A stretch of DNA of 53,193 nt from an uncultured Bacteroidales bacterium (GCA_964386485.1 CAYLTH010000005.1:1-53193); one strand, 5' to 3'; numbered from the stretch's first letter, positions 9,867-20,702 are shown. Notes: generated by a model not told the origin, from the sequence alone. Numbers and translations are program-made.

Positions 9867-11234
9867 TTAATCCTCTGTAAATAACTCCTTCTTGTCAACT
9901 TTCTTTACCTTCTGATTGTTCTTTAAAGTTTTTGAAACAGCCTTATAAGGAGCGGAAATCACTTCATCTCCTTCCTTAAGACCCTCACTTATAACAATAT
10001 AGGTATTATCCTGAATTCCTGATTTTACTTTTATAAGTTTTGCTGTTCCGTCAACATACAGAAATACATATTCCACCATTTCTTCAGCTTCTTTCTTTTT
10101 GGCATCATCCTGCTTTTCATCAGCAACAACCTTCTTGTCCTCCGCAACCTCTTTTTTGTCAATACTGCTCGTATCCTTACGGGTTGTAACAGCCTGAATC
10201 GGCAAGGTCAGAATATTCCTTACAGTTTCTGTCTGAATATCAACCGTAGCAGACATTCCGGGACGTAAAGGACTATATCCGGGCTGATCTGCCTTGAGTA
10301 AATCTGTGTAAGACTCCCGTAAAACCCTGATTTTTACATCAAAATTTGTTACCTGATCAACACTTGTTCCTTGTGTATTGGCTGAAGTGGCTACTTCTGT
10401 TACAATGCCTTTAAACTTTCTGTTCAGATAAGCATCAACTTCAATAAGGGCAGTATCTCCGATATGTACACGCACGATGTCATTTTCATTCACACTCACA
10501 TTAACTTCCATCCCGCCAAGATTGGCAATCCGCATAATTTCTGTTCCGCTCGAAAACTGGGATGTTCCTACCACGCGCTCACCTTTTTCAACAATAAGTT
10601 TTGAAACAGATCCGTCGACCGGAGCATATATAGTGGTTTTTGAAAGATTTTTTCTGGATTCCTGCAGCGCTGCTTCAGAGCTTTTCACCGTATAGGTTGA
10701 TGCCTTTACACTTTGTTCTGCAGCTTCTACTTCAGCTTTGGCACTTTCAAAAGCTGCTTTGGCAGCATCAAATTCAGATGCAGAAATAGCCTGTTGTTTA
10801 AAGAGCTTCTCATTCCGCTCAAAACTCAGACGGGTATTGCTGAACTGAGCCTGTACCTGAGCCAGCCTGGCTTTGGCATTGGCCTCATTGGCCTTTTGCA
10901 TGTTGAGACCTGCTGTTGCCTGATCATAATTAGACTGATAAATTTCAGGATCTACTTTCGCCAGGATATCACCCTGCTTTACAATATCTCCCTCTTTTAC
11001 AAAAAGTTCAATCAGCTCACCCGAAATATCCGGACTCACCTTTACTTCTGTCTCCGGTTGAATTTTTCCGTTTGCAGAAACTGTTTCAATAATTGATCGC
11101 TTTGTAACCTTTTCGGTCGCAATCTTAACAATATCCTGCTTCCCAAACCATCCCTGCTTTTTGCCAATGGCTAATACAACTACAACAACAACCAAAACAA
11201 TAATCCCGAGACGTATCCATTTCTTCTTATTCAT
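9867..11234 (-). CDS. Efflux periplasmic adaptor (HlyD/MacA/MFP family)
   Basis: 455 aa. N-terminal TM anchor, lipoyl-like hairpin (GDIVKQGDILAKVDP), a long coiled coil, and a beta-barrel domain. There is an unusual Lys/Asp/Glu-rich insert near the C-terminus. Confidence 0.8.
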   Translation of the reverse strand: MNKKKWIRLGIIVLVVVVVVLAIGKKQGWFGKQDIVKIATEKVTKRSIIETVSANGKIQPETEVKVSPDISGELIELFVKEGDIVKQGDILAKVDPEIYQSNYDQATAGLNMQKANEANAKARLAQVQAQFSNTRLSFERNEKLFKQQAISASEFDAAKAAFESAKAEVEAAEQSVKASTYTVKSSEAALQESRKNLSKTTIYAPVDGSVSKLIVEKGERVVGTSQFSSGTEIMRIANLGGMEVNVSVNENDIVRVHIGDTALIEVDAYLNRKFKGIVTEVATSANTQGTSVDQVTNFDVKIRVLRESYTDLLKADQPGYSPLRPGMSATVDIQTETVRNILTLPIQAVTTRKDTSSIDKKEVAEDKKVVADEKQDDAKKKEAEEMVEYVFLYVDGTAKLIKVKSGIQDNTYIVISEGLKEGDEVISAPYKAVSKTLKNNQKVKKVDKKELFTED

Positions 11235-11256
11235 AATATCTGAAATTTACGATAAA

Positions 11257-12705
11257 TTATTTAAAATCAATAGGTTTTCCCATGTAGAAATCCAAAACAG
11301 TCATTTTAAAAACGTATTCATATTTTGCCTGAAGCATTTCTGATTCTGATTTGGCAAGATTCTTTTTCGCTTCATTGAAATCAACAAAATTCAACAAACC
11401 AAGCGAAAATTTCTGTTCCGCATAAAAAAAGTTCTCTTTCATGGCGTCAACCGATTTCTTTGCGGCTTTATACTTCTTTATGGCAGAAGCAACATCGGCA
11501 TAGGATTGCTGAATATCTTTTTCCAATAAATTTTTCTCCTGTAAATAACTTAACCGGGCATTCTCAACTCCTATTCTGGCCCGGCTGGCAGTTGTTCTTG
11601 CCTGTAATCCATTGAATATCGGAATATTAAGATAGAATCCAATGGATTTATTCATATTGGCATCAATCTGTTCGCTCCAGGGGATCATCTCATAAACACT
11701 GCTAAAGCTCGGTGATAATACCGGAATGGGTGTTACACCTGCTGTAAATCCAATGGTATCAAATCCATCCATCGAAAAACTTTTCAATTGCTGACTGGCT
11801 TCTGAATACCCTGAACCATAAGAACCCTGAACCATCAGACTCGGTAAATACCCGCCACGTGCAATTTTCATATCCCGGATTGCTGATTCAACTTTCAGTT
11901 CTGCACTTTTAATCTGAGGCTGTGTTTCAAGTGCCATGGTTAAAATTTGCTGTGGCCGGCTGTCTAACCTGATCGTTTCCGGTACCGAAAATTCAGGCTT
12001 TTGAATATCAGTCAGTTCTCCCGGAGTCAGCTCAAGTAACTGGATCAGACTCAATACCGACATGTCGAGATTATTCTGCATACTGATCTCCTGTAACTCC
12101 TCCGATGCTGCCTGTGCCTGCAGACTCAGCAATGTTCCTTTTGAAATTGTTCCGGCTTCCAGCAAAATCTTTGTCCGCTCTACCTGTTGATTGGTTATCC
12201 TTGACTGCTCCTGTGCAATCCCAAGTAATTCTTTGTTAAACAAGATAGTCAGATACACCGAAGCAACATTGAGTGCGATATCATTTTGCATCTTCTGAAC
12301 ATCATATTGACCGGCACGAAGTGAAAGACGATTCTTCGCAATAGAATTCAATAACTGAAACCCGTTGAACAGGGTCAGATTGCCTGTTAAATAAAAGTTC
12401 TCGAAAGCAACCTGCTGACTGGCAAACTGATTCGTAAACCGGTCAACGGATTTACCAAAATTATAACCATGTGATACACTTGCATTTACCGAAGGAAGCA
12501 AGGCTGCCTTACTTTGCAACAGGTTGTCCGCCGAAAGTTCCAGACTCAGCATTTGTTGCTTTACCTGAATATTATTCTCCAGTGCATACTGAATACATTC
12601 TTTAAGTGACCATTGTTTCTGTGCAAACGAAACCATATTGATAGAAGCGAAAAGCAATCCGCTTAAACAAATACGAACGATTCTGGTATTTATAAATTGA
12701 AGCAT
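11257..12705 (-). CDS. TolC-family outer membrane efflux protein
   Basis: Two-repeat OEP architecture. Signal peptide runs from the Met at 12705 (MLQFINTRIVRICLSGLLFASINMVSFAQ). The ORF is open to 12756. Confidence 0.8.
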   Translation of the reverse strand: MLQFINTRIVRICLSGLLFASINMVSFAQKQWSLKECIQYALENNIQVKQQMLSLELSADNLLQSKAALLPSVNASVSHGYNFGKSVDRFTNQFASQQVAFENFYLTGNLTLFNGFQLLNSIAKNRLSLRAGQYDVQKMQNDIALNVASVYLTILFNKELLGIAQEQSRITNQQVERTKILLEAGTISKGTLLSLQAQAASEELQEISMQNNLDMSVLSLIQLLELTPGELTDIQKPEFSVPETIRLDSRPQQILTMALETQPQIKSAELKVESAIRDMKIARGGYLPSLMVQGSYGSGYSEASQQLKSFSMDGFDTIGFTAGVTPIPVLSPSFSSVYEMIPWSEQIDANMNKSIGFYLNIPIFNGLQARTTASRARIGVENARLSYLQEKNLLEKDIQQSYADVASAIKKYKAAKKSVDAMKENFFYAEQKFSLGLLNFVDFNEAKKNLAKSESEMLQAKYEYVFKMTVLDFYMGKPIDFK

Positions 12706-12819
12706 AAAATGTGTTGATATAAAACGAACAGATAACTGAACGAAATTTTCATTCAATTATGGCACAATAAAAACATTTATCTTTACAAAGGTATAACATC
12801 TTTAACCCAAATATATGAT

Positions 12820-15165
12820 ATGAGGAGTATTAATCTTTCATTTTTCGTTCTTTTCTCCATTTTAATCGGTCATTTGCCATATCTGAACGCCAACCCGTCA
12901 AACAGAGCTAACACGGATTCTCTTCATGTAGTCCATTACGATCTTCATCTTGATATTACCGATTTCACTACAAAAGTAATCAAAGGACATACACACCTTA
13001 ACATGACTGTTCATTATAATAATGTAAGCAGGATTGTACTGGATCTGTTCAAACTCACAACAGATTCTGTTAAACTGAATGGTGTCATTACAGGGTTCAC
13101 ACACAATGATACGAATATTTATCTGACTGCTGCTCAACCCATTAACATTGGCGATACTGTGCAAATTGATGTATTCTATCATGGTGTTCCGAAAGTCGAA
13201 CCTTATGGCTGGGGCGGGTTCCATTTTAATGGTTCTGCATCTGCCTACAATTTGGGTATTGCCCTGGAAGACAGACCCCCAAACTACGGAAGGGTCTGGT
13301 TTCCGTGTATCGACAATTTCCTGGATAAATCAACCTATGACTGCTATATCAGGGTACCCTCCAATTTAACAGCTGTATGCGGGGGAACACTTATGGGAGT
13401 AAGCCCGGCACCTTCATCCACCTCAATTTATCATTGGCAGCTTAATCTCCCGGTTTGTGCCTATCTTGCCTCAGTGGCCGTTTCAAATTATGTTCCTGTT
13501 GAGGGAATCTTCAATGGACTCAACGGACCGGTTCCTACTCAGATTTATGTCAAACCTCAGGATACCACGAAAGCAAAAAACTCATTTATCCATCTGAATG
13601 ATATTCTGGCAGCATTTGAACATTATTTTGGACCCTACCGCTGGCCGAGAGTGGGTTATGTTGCAACCGCTCTGGGCGCGATGGAACATGTAACCAATAT
13701 TGCTTATCCTTCCGGAAACATCGATGGAACGCTCAATTCAGAATGGTTGTATGCCCATGAATTAAGCCATATGTGGTTTGGCGACCTGGTTACCTGCGCT
13801 TCTCAGGAAGATATGTGGATTAACGAAGGATGGGCTGTTTTCAGTGAAATTCTCTGGCGCGAACAAGTTTATGGGAAAGAAAGTTACAAAAACTTTATCC
13901 GGACCAAACACCATGAAGTTCTGCAAAAAAATCATGTGTCGGAAGGCGGATACCTCGCACTTTCTCCTATCTCTTCTTCACATGTTTACGGAAGCACCGT
14001 TTACGATAAAGGAGGCATGGTTACACACAGCCTGCGGGGATACATGGGCGACAGCCTGTTTTTTAAAGCTGTAAAAAATTACCTGGATACCTTTGAGTAT
14101 AAATCTGTCTCATCAATCCAACTGCGTGATTTCCTGAGTCAGGATTGTGGATACAGCCTTCAGCCATTTTTTGATGCCTGGGTATTTGCTCCGGGATTTC
14201 CACACTTTTCAATAGATTCGGTTGTATCGGTTCCGGCCGGTTCCGGATTTGCTGTTACTGTAAACGTCCGGCAACGCAGCAAAGGAGGAACCATACTGGC
14301 AGCCAACAATCACATACCCCTTCGGTTTATGTCGTCCGACTGGAAGTTTATAAACGACAGCATGCAATTTTCAGGAACAAACGGTTCGAAAACATTTACA
14401 TTGCCTTTTAATCCTGTAAGTACTTTTCTGGATCCGGAAGAAGTTCAGGCGGATGCCACAACCGATAATTACCGGGTTTTTAAAACAACAGGAAACTATA
14501 CTTTCCCCAACACCTATTTCGCAACAGAAATCAGTCTGATCAATGATTCAGCCCTGGTTCGCATTGTCCACAACTGGGTAGCACCCGATACCTTTCCACA
14601 AACAATCCCCGGATTGCGGTTGTCTGACTATCGGTTCTGGACAGTCGAAGGCAATTTCCCGGCCGGTTTCAAAGCAAAAGGGAAATTCAGCTATTCAAAA
14701 TTCAGCAATCTCGACAATACACTCATCCTCAACAACCTCGATTCTCTGGTTATTCTTTATCGTCCGTCTGCTGCCTCCCTTTGGCAATCCATCCCTTTCA
14801 GCATGAATGGAGTACCCTATCAGGGCGAACTCATCGTTGACAGTCTGCGACCCGGAGAATACGTATTGGGTATCTGGGATTACACATATCTGGGAATCAA
14901 TGATTTAAATAAAAATAATTCTCTATTGCAAGTCTTCCCGAATCCGGCAAGCGACCAGATCAATATTGTTTGCAAGCAGGTAGGCCGTGCAATGCTCGAA
15001 TTCTACCGGGAGGATGGAGCCAGACTTGATTCTGTTTCAATAATGAATCCGGGAACAATTCTGCAAAAAAGCACTCGTAACTACCCGGCAGGAGCCCTGC
15101 TCATTGTACTGAAATCCCCGGAAGGTCTTATTCTTGGAAGTAATAAAATACTGATAATCAAATAA
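12820..15165 (+). CDS. M1-family (gluzincin) aminopeptidase with T9SS C-terminal sorting domain
   Basis: GAMEH exopeptidase motif and HELSH-x18-E zinc site (HELSHMWFGD...WINEGWA). Signal peptide present. The last ~80 aa are a Por/T9SS CTD (LQVFPNPASDQINIV...ILIIK). Confidence 0.85.
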   Translation: MRSINLSFFVLFSILIGHLPYLNANPSNRANTDSLHVVHYDLHLDITDFTTKVIKGHTHLNMTVHYNNVSRIVLDLFKLTTDSVKLNGVITGFTHNDTNIYLTAAQPINIGDTVQIDVFYHGVPKVEPYGWGGFHFNGSASAYNLGIALEDRPPNYGRVWFPCIDNFLDKSTYDCYIRVPSNLTAVCGGTLMGVSPAPSSTSIYHWQLNLPVCAYLASVAVSNYVPVEGIFNGLNGPVPTQIYVKPQDTTKAKNSFIHLNDILAAFEHYFGPYRWPRVGYVATALGAMEHVTNIAYPSGNIDGTLNSEWLYAHELSHMWFGDLVTCASQEDMWINEGWAVFSEILWREQVYGKESYKNFIRTKHHEVLQKNHVSEGGYLALSPISSSHVYGSTVYDKGGMVTHSLRGYMGDSLFFKAVKNYLDTFEYKSVSSIQLRDFLSQDCGYSLQPFFDAWVFAPGFPHFSIDSVVSVPAGSGFAVTVNVRQRSKGGTILAANNHIPLRFMSSDWKFINDSMQFSGTNGSKTFTLPFNPVSTFLDPEEVQADATTDNYRVFKTTGNYTFPNTYFATEISLINDSALVRIVHNWVAPDTFPQTIPGLRLSDYRFWTVEGNFPAGFKAKGKFSYSKFSNLDNTLILNNLDSLVILYRPSAASLWQSIPFSMNGVPYQGELIVDSLRPGEYVLGIWDYTYLGINDLNKNNSLLQVFPNPASDQINIVCKQVGRAMLEFYREDGARLDSVSIMNPGTILQKSTRNYPAGALLIVLKSPEGLILGSNKILIIK

Positions 15166-17622
15166 CTACTTTCTGATTATAGCACTTAGCTTTGTTTCAA
15201 AGGCAAGAATCAGCTTTTTCATCACAGCATCTATTTCGGTATCCGTCAGCGTTTTCTGCTCATCCCTTAAAACAAAACTCAAGGCATAGGACTTCTGATC
15301 GGCACCTACACCATCACCTGAGTATATGTCAAACAACCCAACCCGTTGAAGCAATTGTTTCTCGGTATCATAGGCTATTTTTTCAAGCTCTGAAAAACGG
15401 ATTTCTTTTTTCACCAGCAGGGCAAGATCACGACGTACCTCCGGATATTTCGGTAATTCATTGAATTTTACCACCTTGTTGCTGGCAAGTTTATAAACAA
15501 TATTCCAACGAATAAAGGAAGCAAAGACCTTAGACTTAATATCAAAGGCTTTTAACAGCACATGTGAAACTTCACCGAACTCAGCCACAATGTCTTGTCC
15601 AAATTTTAATTCATAGGCTACCCCATAGTAATCGGATACACCTTCTGTCAGGTTTAATTTCCAGACCGGAATACCGGATTTACCGAGTAGGGCGAAAAGT
15701 ATGGCTTTCAGACTGAATAAATTAACTTCTTTCGGACTTGTGTTCCAGGAAGCCGGATGTTCTTCTCCACACATGAATATTGACAAATGCTCTTCCTCCT
15801 GGTATTTTTTTATCCCCTCAGCTGTTGCATTAAGCTTACGGTAGATATTCCCGAATTCAAACAATTTCAAATCCGGACTCCGCCTGTTTTGATTAAACTG
15901 TATTGTTTCCAGTCCGCCAAATATCAAATGAGGGCGCATTACCTCCAGATCCTTACTGAGCGGATTCAGTATGTGTACATATTCCTCCGGAGAAATACAT
16001 GAAATCAAACTTTTATACGAAGAGCGCGTCAGCGAATTATTCATAATTTCATTAAACCCGCTTCCGGTCAGCATATTGGCGGCTACATTCCTTACGGCTT
16101 CACGCTCAGGTTTTTCATGAACAACCATTGAAAAACGGATCGTTTCCTCCAAAGCAATGTTATTATATCCATAAATGCGTAAAATCTCCTCTACAACATC
16201 GGCTTCACGGGTCACATCAACCCTGTACAAAGGAATTCGTAAATCCAATCCTTCTTCCGACTCGTTTAAAATCTCAATTTCGAGCGATTTCAGGATAGAT
16301 TTCACCGATTCCCGTTCAATGGATTTCCCGATCAGGGTATCCAGCCGCTGATAATTCAGTTCTATTTGTGGCCGTTCAAAAACAGCAGGATATTCATCTT
16401 TTACCGAAGAACTAATTTTACCACCGGCGATTTCACGAATCAGGATGGCTGCCCGTTTTAAAACCGCTACCGTATTCTCCGGATCTACTCCCCGCTCAAA
16501 CCGAAAACTCGCATCCGTCTTCAGTCCGTGTAATTTGGATGTTTTGCGGATGCTCGAAGGACTAAAATAGGCACTTTCCAGAAAAATATCCCGGGTTTCA
16601 AACGAAACACCTGAATCGAGTCCTCCATAAACACCACCAATGCACATTCCTTCTGCCTCATTGCAAATCATCAGATCGGCAGCGCCAAGTTTACGTTCAG
16701 TTCCATCGAGGGTCGTAAATGGAGAGCCCTCCGGCAGACATTTTACAACAATCTTATTCCCTTTGATCTTCGATGCATCAAAGGCATGGAGTGGCTGTCC
16801 GCTTTCAAACAATACAAAATTGGTAATGTCAACAACATTGTTAATCGGGCGCAGACCTATCGCATTCAGGTAATTTCTGAGCCAGTCAGGTGATTCAGCA
16901 ACGGTAATACCGGAAATCGTTACTCCGGCATACCGTGGACAAGCTTGCGGATCTTCCAGAACCACAGGAATATCAAGATCCTGATTATCAATCGTAAAGG
17001 ATTCAGTATCGGGAAGCCGCAAAGAAACACCTTCTGCAAGTCCCTTTGATTTCAATACAGCATACAGGTCACGGGCTACTCCATAATGAGATGAGGCATC
17101 GACACGGTTTGGAGTAAGACCAATTTCAAAAACGATATCTCTGTAAATATTGAAATATTCAGATGCCATGGTTCCAATCGGTGCTGTATCCGGCAATACC
17201 ATGATTCCATCATGAGAATTTCCCAGTCCAAGTTCGTCTTCAGCACATATCATTCCTTCTGATTTCTCCCCTCTGATTTTTGACTCTTTTATTTCAAATG
17301 AATCATTACCACTATATATACGGGTTCCGATAGTAGCCACCAGAACAGTCTGTCCGGCTGCAACATTCGGAGCACCACATACAATATTCAATGGTCGCTC
17401 ACCACCGGTATCAACTGTAGTCAAACTAAGTTTATCAGCATTAGGATGCTTTTCACGGGTTAAAACCTTGCCAATTACAATACCTTTTAAACCTCCTTTT
17501 ACCGATTCATATTCCTCCCAGGATTCTACCTCAAGACCTGAAAAAGTGAGGATTTCTGCTACCTGTTCTGCGGGGAGATCAATATTGATATAGGTTTTTA
17601 ACCAGTTGTATGAAATTTTCAT
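15166..17622 (-). CDS. pheT: Phenylalanine--tRNA ligase beta subunit
   Basis: 818 aa. N-terminus MKISYNWLKTYI with the tRNA-binding, B3/4, B5 and FDX-ACB domain order. Confidence 0.95.
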   Translation of the reverse strand: MKISYNWLKTYINIDLPAEQVAEILTFSGLEVESWEEYESVKGGLKGIVIGKVLTREKHPNADKLSLTTVDTGGERPLNIVCGAPNVAAGQTVLVATIGTRIYSGNDSFEIKESKIRGEKSEGMICAEDELGLGNSHDGIMVLPDTAPIGTMASEYFNIYRDIVFEIGLTPNRVDASSHYGVARDLYAVLKSKGLAEGVSLRLPDTESFTIDNQDLDIPVVLEDPQACPRYAGVTISGITVAESPDWLRNYLNAIGLRPINNVVDITNFVLFESGQPLHAFDASKIKGNKIVVKCLPEGSPFTTLDGTERKLGAADLMICNEAEGMCIGGVYGGLDSGVSFETRDIFLESAYFSPSSIRKTSKLHGLKTDASFRFERGVDPENTVAVLKRAAILIREIAGGKISSSVKDEYPAVFERPQIELNYQRLDTLIGKSIERESVKSILKSLEIEILNESEEGLDLRIPLYRVDVTREADVVEEILRIYGYNNIALEETIRFSMVVHEKPEREAVRNVAANMLTGSGFNEIMNNSLTRSSYKSLISCISPEEYVHILNPLSKDLEVMRPHLIFGGLETIQFNQNRRSPDLKLFEFGNIYRKLNATAEGIKKYQEEEHLSIFMCGEEHPASWNTSPKEVNLFSLKAILFALLGKSGIPVWKLNLTEGVSDYYGVAYELKFGQDIVAEFGEVSHVLLKAFDIKSKVFASFIRWNIVYKLASNKVVKFNELPKYPEVRRDLALLVKKEIRFSELEKIAYDTEKQLLQRVGLFDIYSGDGVGADQKSYALSFVLRDEQKTLTDTEIDAVMKKLILAFETKLSAIIRK

Positions 17623-17675
17623 GCTGCTTTTATTTGAATGGCAAAAGTAAAGAAATTAAGGATAATCTGACTGAA

Positions 17676-19781
17676 TTAACTTATCCGTGAGAAGTCATTC
17701 TGCCGCTTGTCAATTCGGTTCAATTCGCGTCGAAGAATTGCATTAGCCGGTAATTCGAGCATTTTATCCATTTCCAGAATTTCGATGGCCAGTTCACGGG
17801 CTGCCTTCAGAATCTTTTCATCCCGGATTACATCTGCAAGCTTCAGGTCAAGAATACCACTTTGCTGGGTACCGGCCAGATCTCCCGGTCCACGCAGCCG
17901 AAGATCCACTTCGGCAATCTGAAAACCATCATTGGTGTCAACCATGGTTTTAATCCTTTGCCGGCCTTCGGTCGTTATTTTTTGTCCGGTTAACAATATA
18001 CAATATGATTGTTCAGCACCCCGACCAACTCTGCCACGCAACTGGTGAAGCTGAGATAAACCAAAACGTTCGGCATTTTCAATCACCATTACAGAAGCAT
18101 TGGGCACATCTACTCCAACTTCAATCACCGTTGTGGCTACCATAATCTGGGTTTCCCCTTTGATGAAGCGTTTCATTTCAAAATCTTTGGCATCGTTCTT
18201 CATCTGGCCGTGTACAATGCTTATCGCATAATCGGGCAGCGGGAACTCTTTCACCAGACTCTCATACCCATCCATTAAAAACTTGAGATCCAGTGTTTCT
18301 GATTCCTTAATCATCGGATAAACAAAATACACCTGACGCCCGGCTGCTATCTGTTTCCTGACTGAACCAAATACTTTTAACCTGTCACGGTCTGTAAAAT
18401 GGAAAGTCTGTATGGCTTTCCGACCCGGGGGCAATTCATCAATAACCGATACCTCAAGATCGCCATACAAGGTCATGGCAAGGGTTCGGGGAATCGGCGT
18501 AGCTGTCATGACCAGCACGTGCGGCGGCACCTCGCTTTTCTCCCACAACCGGGCTCGCTGACTAACACCAAACCGGTGCTGTTCGTCAATAATAACAAGT
18601 CCCAGATCCTTAAAAATCACCCAATCCTCAATAAGCGCATGTGTTCCGATTAAAATATGGATTTCTCCTGCTTCCAGATCGGCCAGCAATTTCCGGCGCT
18701 GCGGTTTACGGGTGCTACCGGTGAGCAGTTCAACCCGAAGATTCATGGGTTCAAGCATGCGGGTAAAGGTTCTGAAATGTTGCTCAGAAAGGACTTCTGT
18801 AGGAGCCATCAAACATGCCTGAAAACCATTGTCGATGGCAATGAGCATGGTCATCAGCGCAACCAGTGTCTTCCCGCTTCCAACATCTCCTTGCAGCAAA
18901 CGGTTCATCTGCTTTCCGGAAGCGGTATCCGAACGTATTTCCTTAATAACACGCTTCTGGGCGTTGGTTAGTGTAAAGGGAAGGAATTCCCTGTAAAACC
19001 GGTTGAGCGTTTCACCTACTTTTTGAAAAACTTTCCCCTTGACAAATTGCTGCCGGAGGTTTTTTGTCCGGAGCAAACTAAGCTGAATGTAAAACAACTC
19101 TTCAAACTTCAACCGGGCAATGGCCCGATCCATCAGCTGCGTATTAGACGGAAAATGAATGGAGGTCATCGCCTCTTCCCGGGATAACATTTTGTATCTG
19201 CCAATTATTGAGGGTGATAAAGTCTCGTCAATATTCAGGTGTAAACCGGAAACCAGATTCCGCATAATTTTCCGGATTCCTTTACTGTCGAGTCCGATCG
19301 ACCGCAACTTCTCTGTACTCGAATAAAATGGCTGAAGATATTCATTCGTTGTTTCGATGGCTTCGGAAGTCGATTCTAATTCAGGGTGTGCAAAATTAAA
19401 TTTCCCGTTAAAAACACTGGGCTTGCCAAACAGAATGTACTCCTGTCCTTTTCTTACATTCTCAACCCAATACTTAACACCTCTGAACCAGACCAGCTCA
19501 ATTTCACCGCTGCCATCGCTCAGTATCGCCACAAAGCGTTGTGCCCGTTGTTTCCCTATCAGCTGAGTATGCGTAATCTTCCCTTTAAGCTGATAATAAA
19601 CAAATTCATTATTAATCTCGATAATCTTTGTAAAGCGTGTCCGGTCGATGTACCGAAAAGGATAATGAACCAACAAATCCCCGAATGTATCAATATTCAA
19701 TTCCTTGCGAAGAGAAAGCGCTCGTTTCGGGCCCACTCCCTTCAGAAATTCAATAGCTGTATCCAGATAGGACTGATGCAT
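17676..19781 (-). CDS. recG: ATP-dependent DNA helicase RecG
   Basis: Wedge domain plus SF2 helicase motifs GDVGSGKT and DEQH. The likely start is the Met at 19781 (MHQSYLDTAIEFLKGVGPKRA). The ORF is open to 19850. Confidence 0.9.
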   Translation of the reverse strand: MHQSYLDTAIEFLKGVGPKRALSLRKELNIDTFGDLLVHYPFRYIDRTRFTKIIEINNEFVYYQLKGKITHTQLIGKQRAQRFVAILSDGSGEIELVWFRGVKYWVENVRKGQEYILFGKPSVFNGKFNFAHPELESTSEAIETTNEYLQPFYSSTEKLRSIGLDSKGIRKIMRNLVSGLHLNIDETLSPSIIGRYKMLSREEAMTSIHFPSNTQLMDRAIARLKFEELFYIQLSLLRTKNLRQQFVKGKVFQKVGETLNRFYREFLPFTLTNAQKRVIKEIRSDTASGKQMNRLLQGDVGSGKTLVALMTMLIAIDNGFQACLMAPTEVLSEQHFRTFTRMLEPMNLRVELLTGSTRKPQRRKLLADLEAGEIHILIGTHALIEDWVIFKDLGLVIIDEQHRFGVSQRARLWEKSEVPPHVLVMTATPIPRTLAMTLYGDLEVSVIDELPPGRKAIQTFHFTDRDRLKVFGSVRKQIAAGRQVYFVYPMIKESETLDLKFLMDGYESLVKEFPLPDYAISIVHGQMKNDAKDFEMKRFIKGETQIMVATTVIEVGVDVPNASVMVIENAERFGLSQLHQLRGRVGRGAEQSYCILLTGQKITTEGRQRIKTMVDTNDGFQIAEVDLRLRGPGDLAGTQQSGILDLKLADVIRDEKILKAARELAIEILEMDKMLELPANAILRRELNRIDKRQNDFSRIS

Positions 19782-19805
19782 GGTCAAAAATATGGTAACA
19801 AAAAT

Positions 19806-19842
19806 AAAAAAAACCGGACACAACCTAATGCATCCGGTTTTT
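19806..19842 (-). terminator. Candidate intrinsic terminator after gldN
   Basis: On the minus strand: stem ACCGGA / TCCGGT (extendable by A-T pairs), a 14-nt loop, then a run of 8 U. It lies 18 nt after the gldN stop. Confidence 0.4.
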
Positions 19843-19859
19843 ACATCCATTAAATGGGT

Positions 19860-20702
19860 TTAGAATTCCCAGAGGTCATGTTCAAATTTAAACAATTCTC
19901 CTTTTATTCTTTCAGATTCGAGCAAGGCATCAAGGCCCTGTGCATAATCTACAATCTTTCTGTCGTATACATTCTTTTCCTTATAGACGTAACTGTCGAA
20001 CATTCTTTTCCAGAAAACATCATCATAGGTTCTTCTTTCAGCATCATTGAAACGGTTAAACACTTCTGATTTGGCTAAAACGTTGCGTATTTCCGGGAAA
20101 TAAAGCCAGAACAGCGGGTCACGTCCTCTGAAGTTACCATTCTCATCAAAATTATCACGAACCGGACATACACCAATAATCCGAACATCCATCTGAGACC
20201 GTTGTTTATCAAAGAATTGATCTTCCTTGATACGCAACATTTTGACGTCATTTGCATTGAATTTAACCTGAATCACGGTATCATACAAATCATATGGAGG
20301 ATACGGCCTTGGTAACTGAACAGTATCTGAGGATTCCAGTCGACTCATAATTTCCTGATATGTTAAAGGAACAGTGAATTCATCTGTCGGAGTTACCTGG
20401 TAAGCTGTGATAGTACCTTCCTTCAATGCATCCATAATCACCGTCATTAAATTACGCCATTGGTTGTAAGGATTCTCAGGGTAATAAAATGGTTGATTAA
20501 TTTTCTGTCTGAAATCGATGGCACGCCAGATACGTGTTGACCAGATAACATCAGCTTCCCGTAGCGGAGAATATGGAATGGGCTTGCGCTCAACTGTATG
20601 AATCTTATCAAACACACCGTCGCGTGGCGGACTGTCCATCACCTGTGCATATGCCGAACCCAGCATAATACTTAACAGAAAAATGATGATTTGTTTTTTC
20701 AT
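19860..20702 (-). CDS. gldN: T9SS/gliding motility protein GldN (PorN)
   Basis: 280-aa exported protein, last gene in the gldK-L-M-N order. The conserved synteny is the main evidence. Confidence 0.8.
   Translation of the reverse strand: MKKQIIIFLLSIMLGSAYAQVMDSPPRDGVFDKIHTVERKPIPYSPLREADVIWSTRIWRAIDFRQKINQPFYYPENPYNQWRNLMTVIMDALKEGTITAYQVTPTDEFTVPLTYQEIMSRLESSDTVQLPRPYPPYDLYDTVIQVKFNANDVKMLRIKEDQFFDKQRSQMDVRIIGVCPVRDNFDENGNFRGRDPLFWLYFPEIRNVLAKSEVFNRFNDAERRTYDDVFWKRMFDSYVYKEKNVYDRKIVDYAQGLDALLESERIKGELFKFEHDLWEF

Noticed and set aside
12760-12775. TGGCACA upstream of the M1 aminopeptidase gene, which looks like a sigma-54 -24 element.
   Set aside because: The sequence at the -12 position is AAACA rather than TTGC, so the bipartite promoter is not present.
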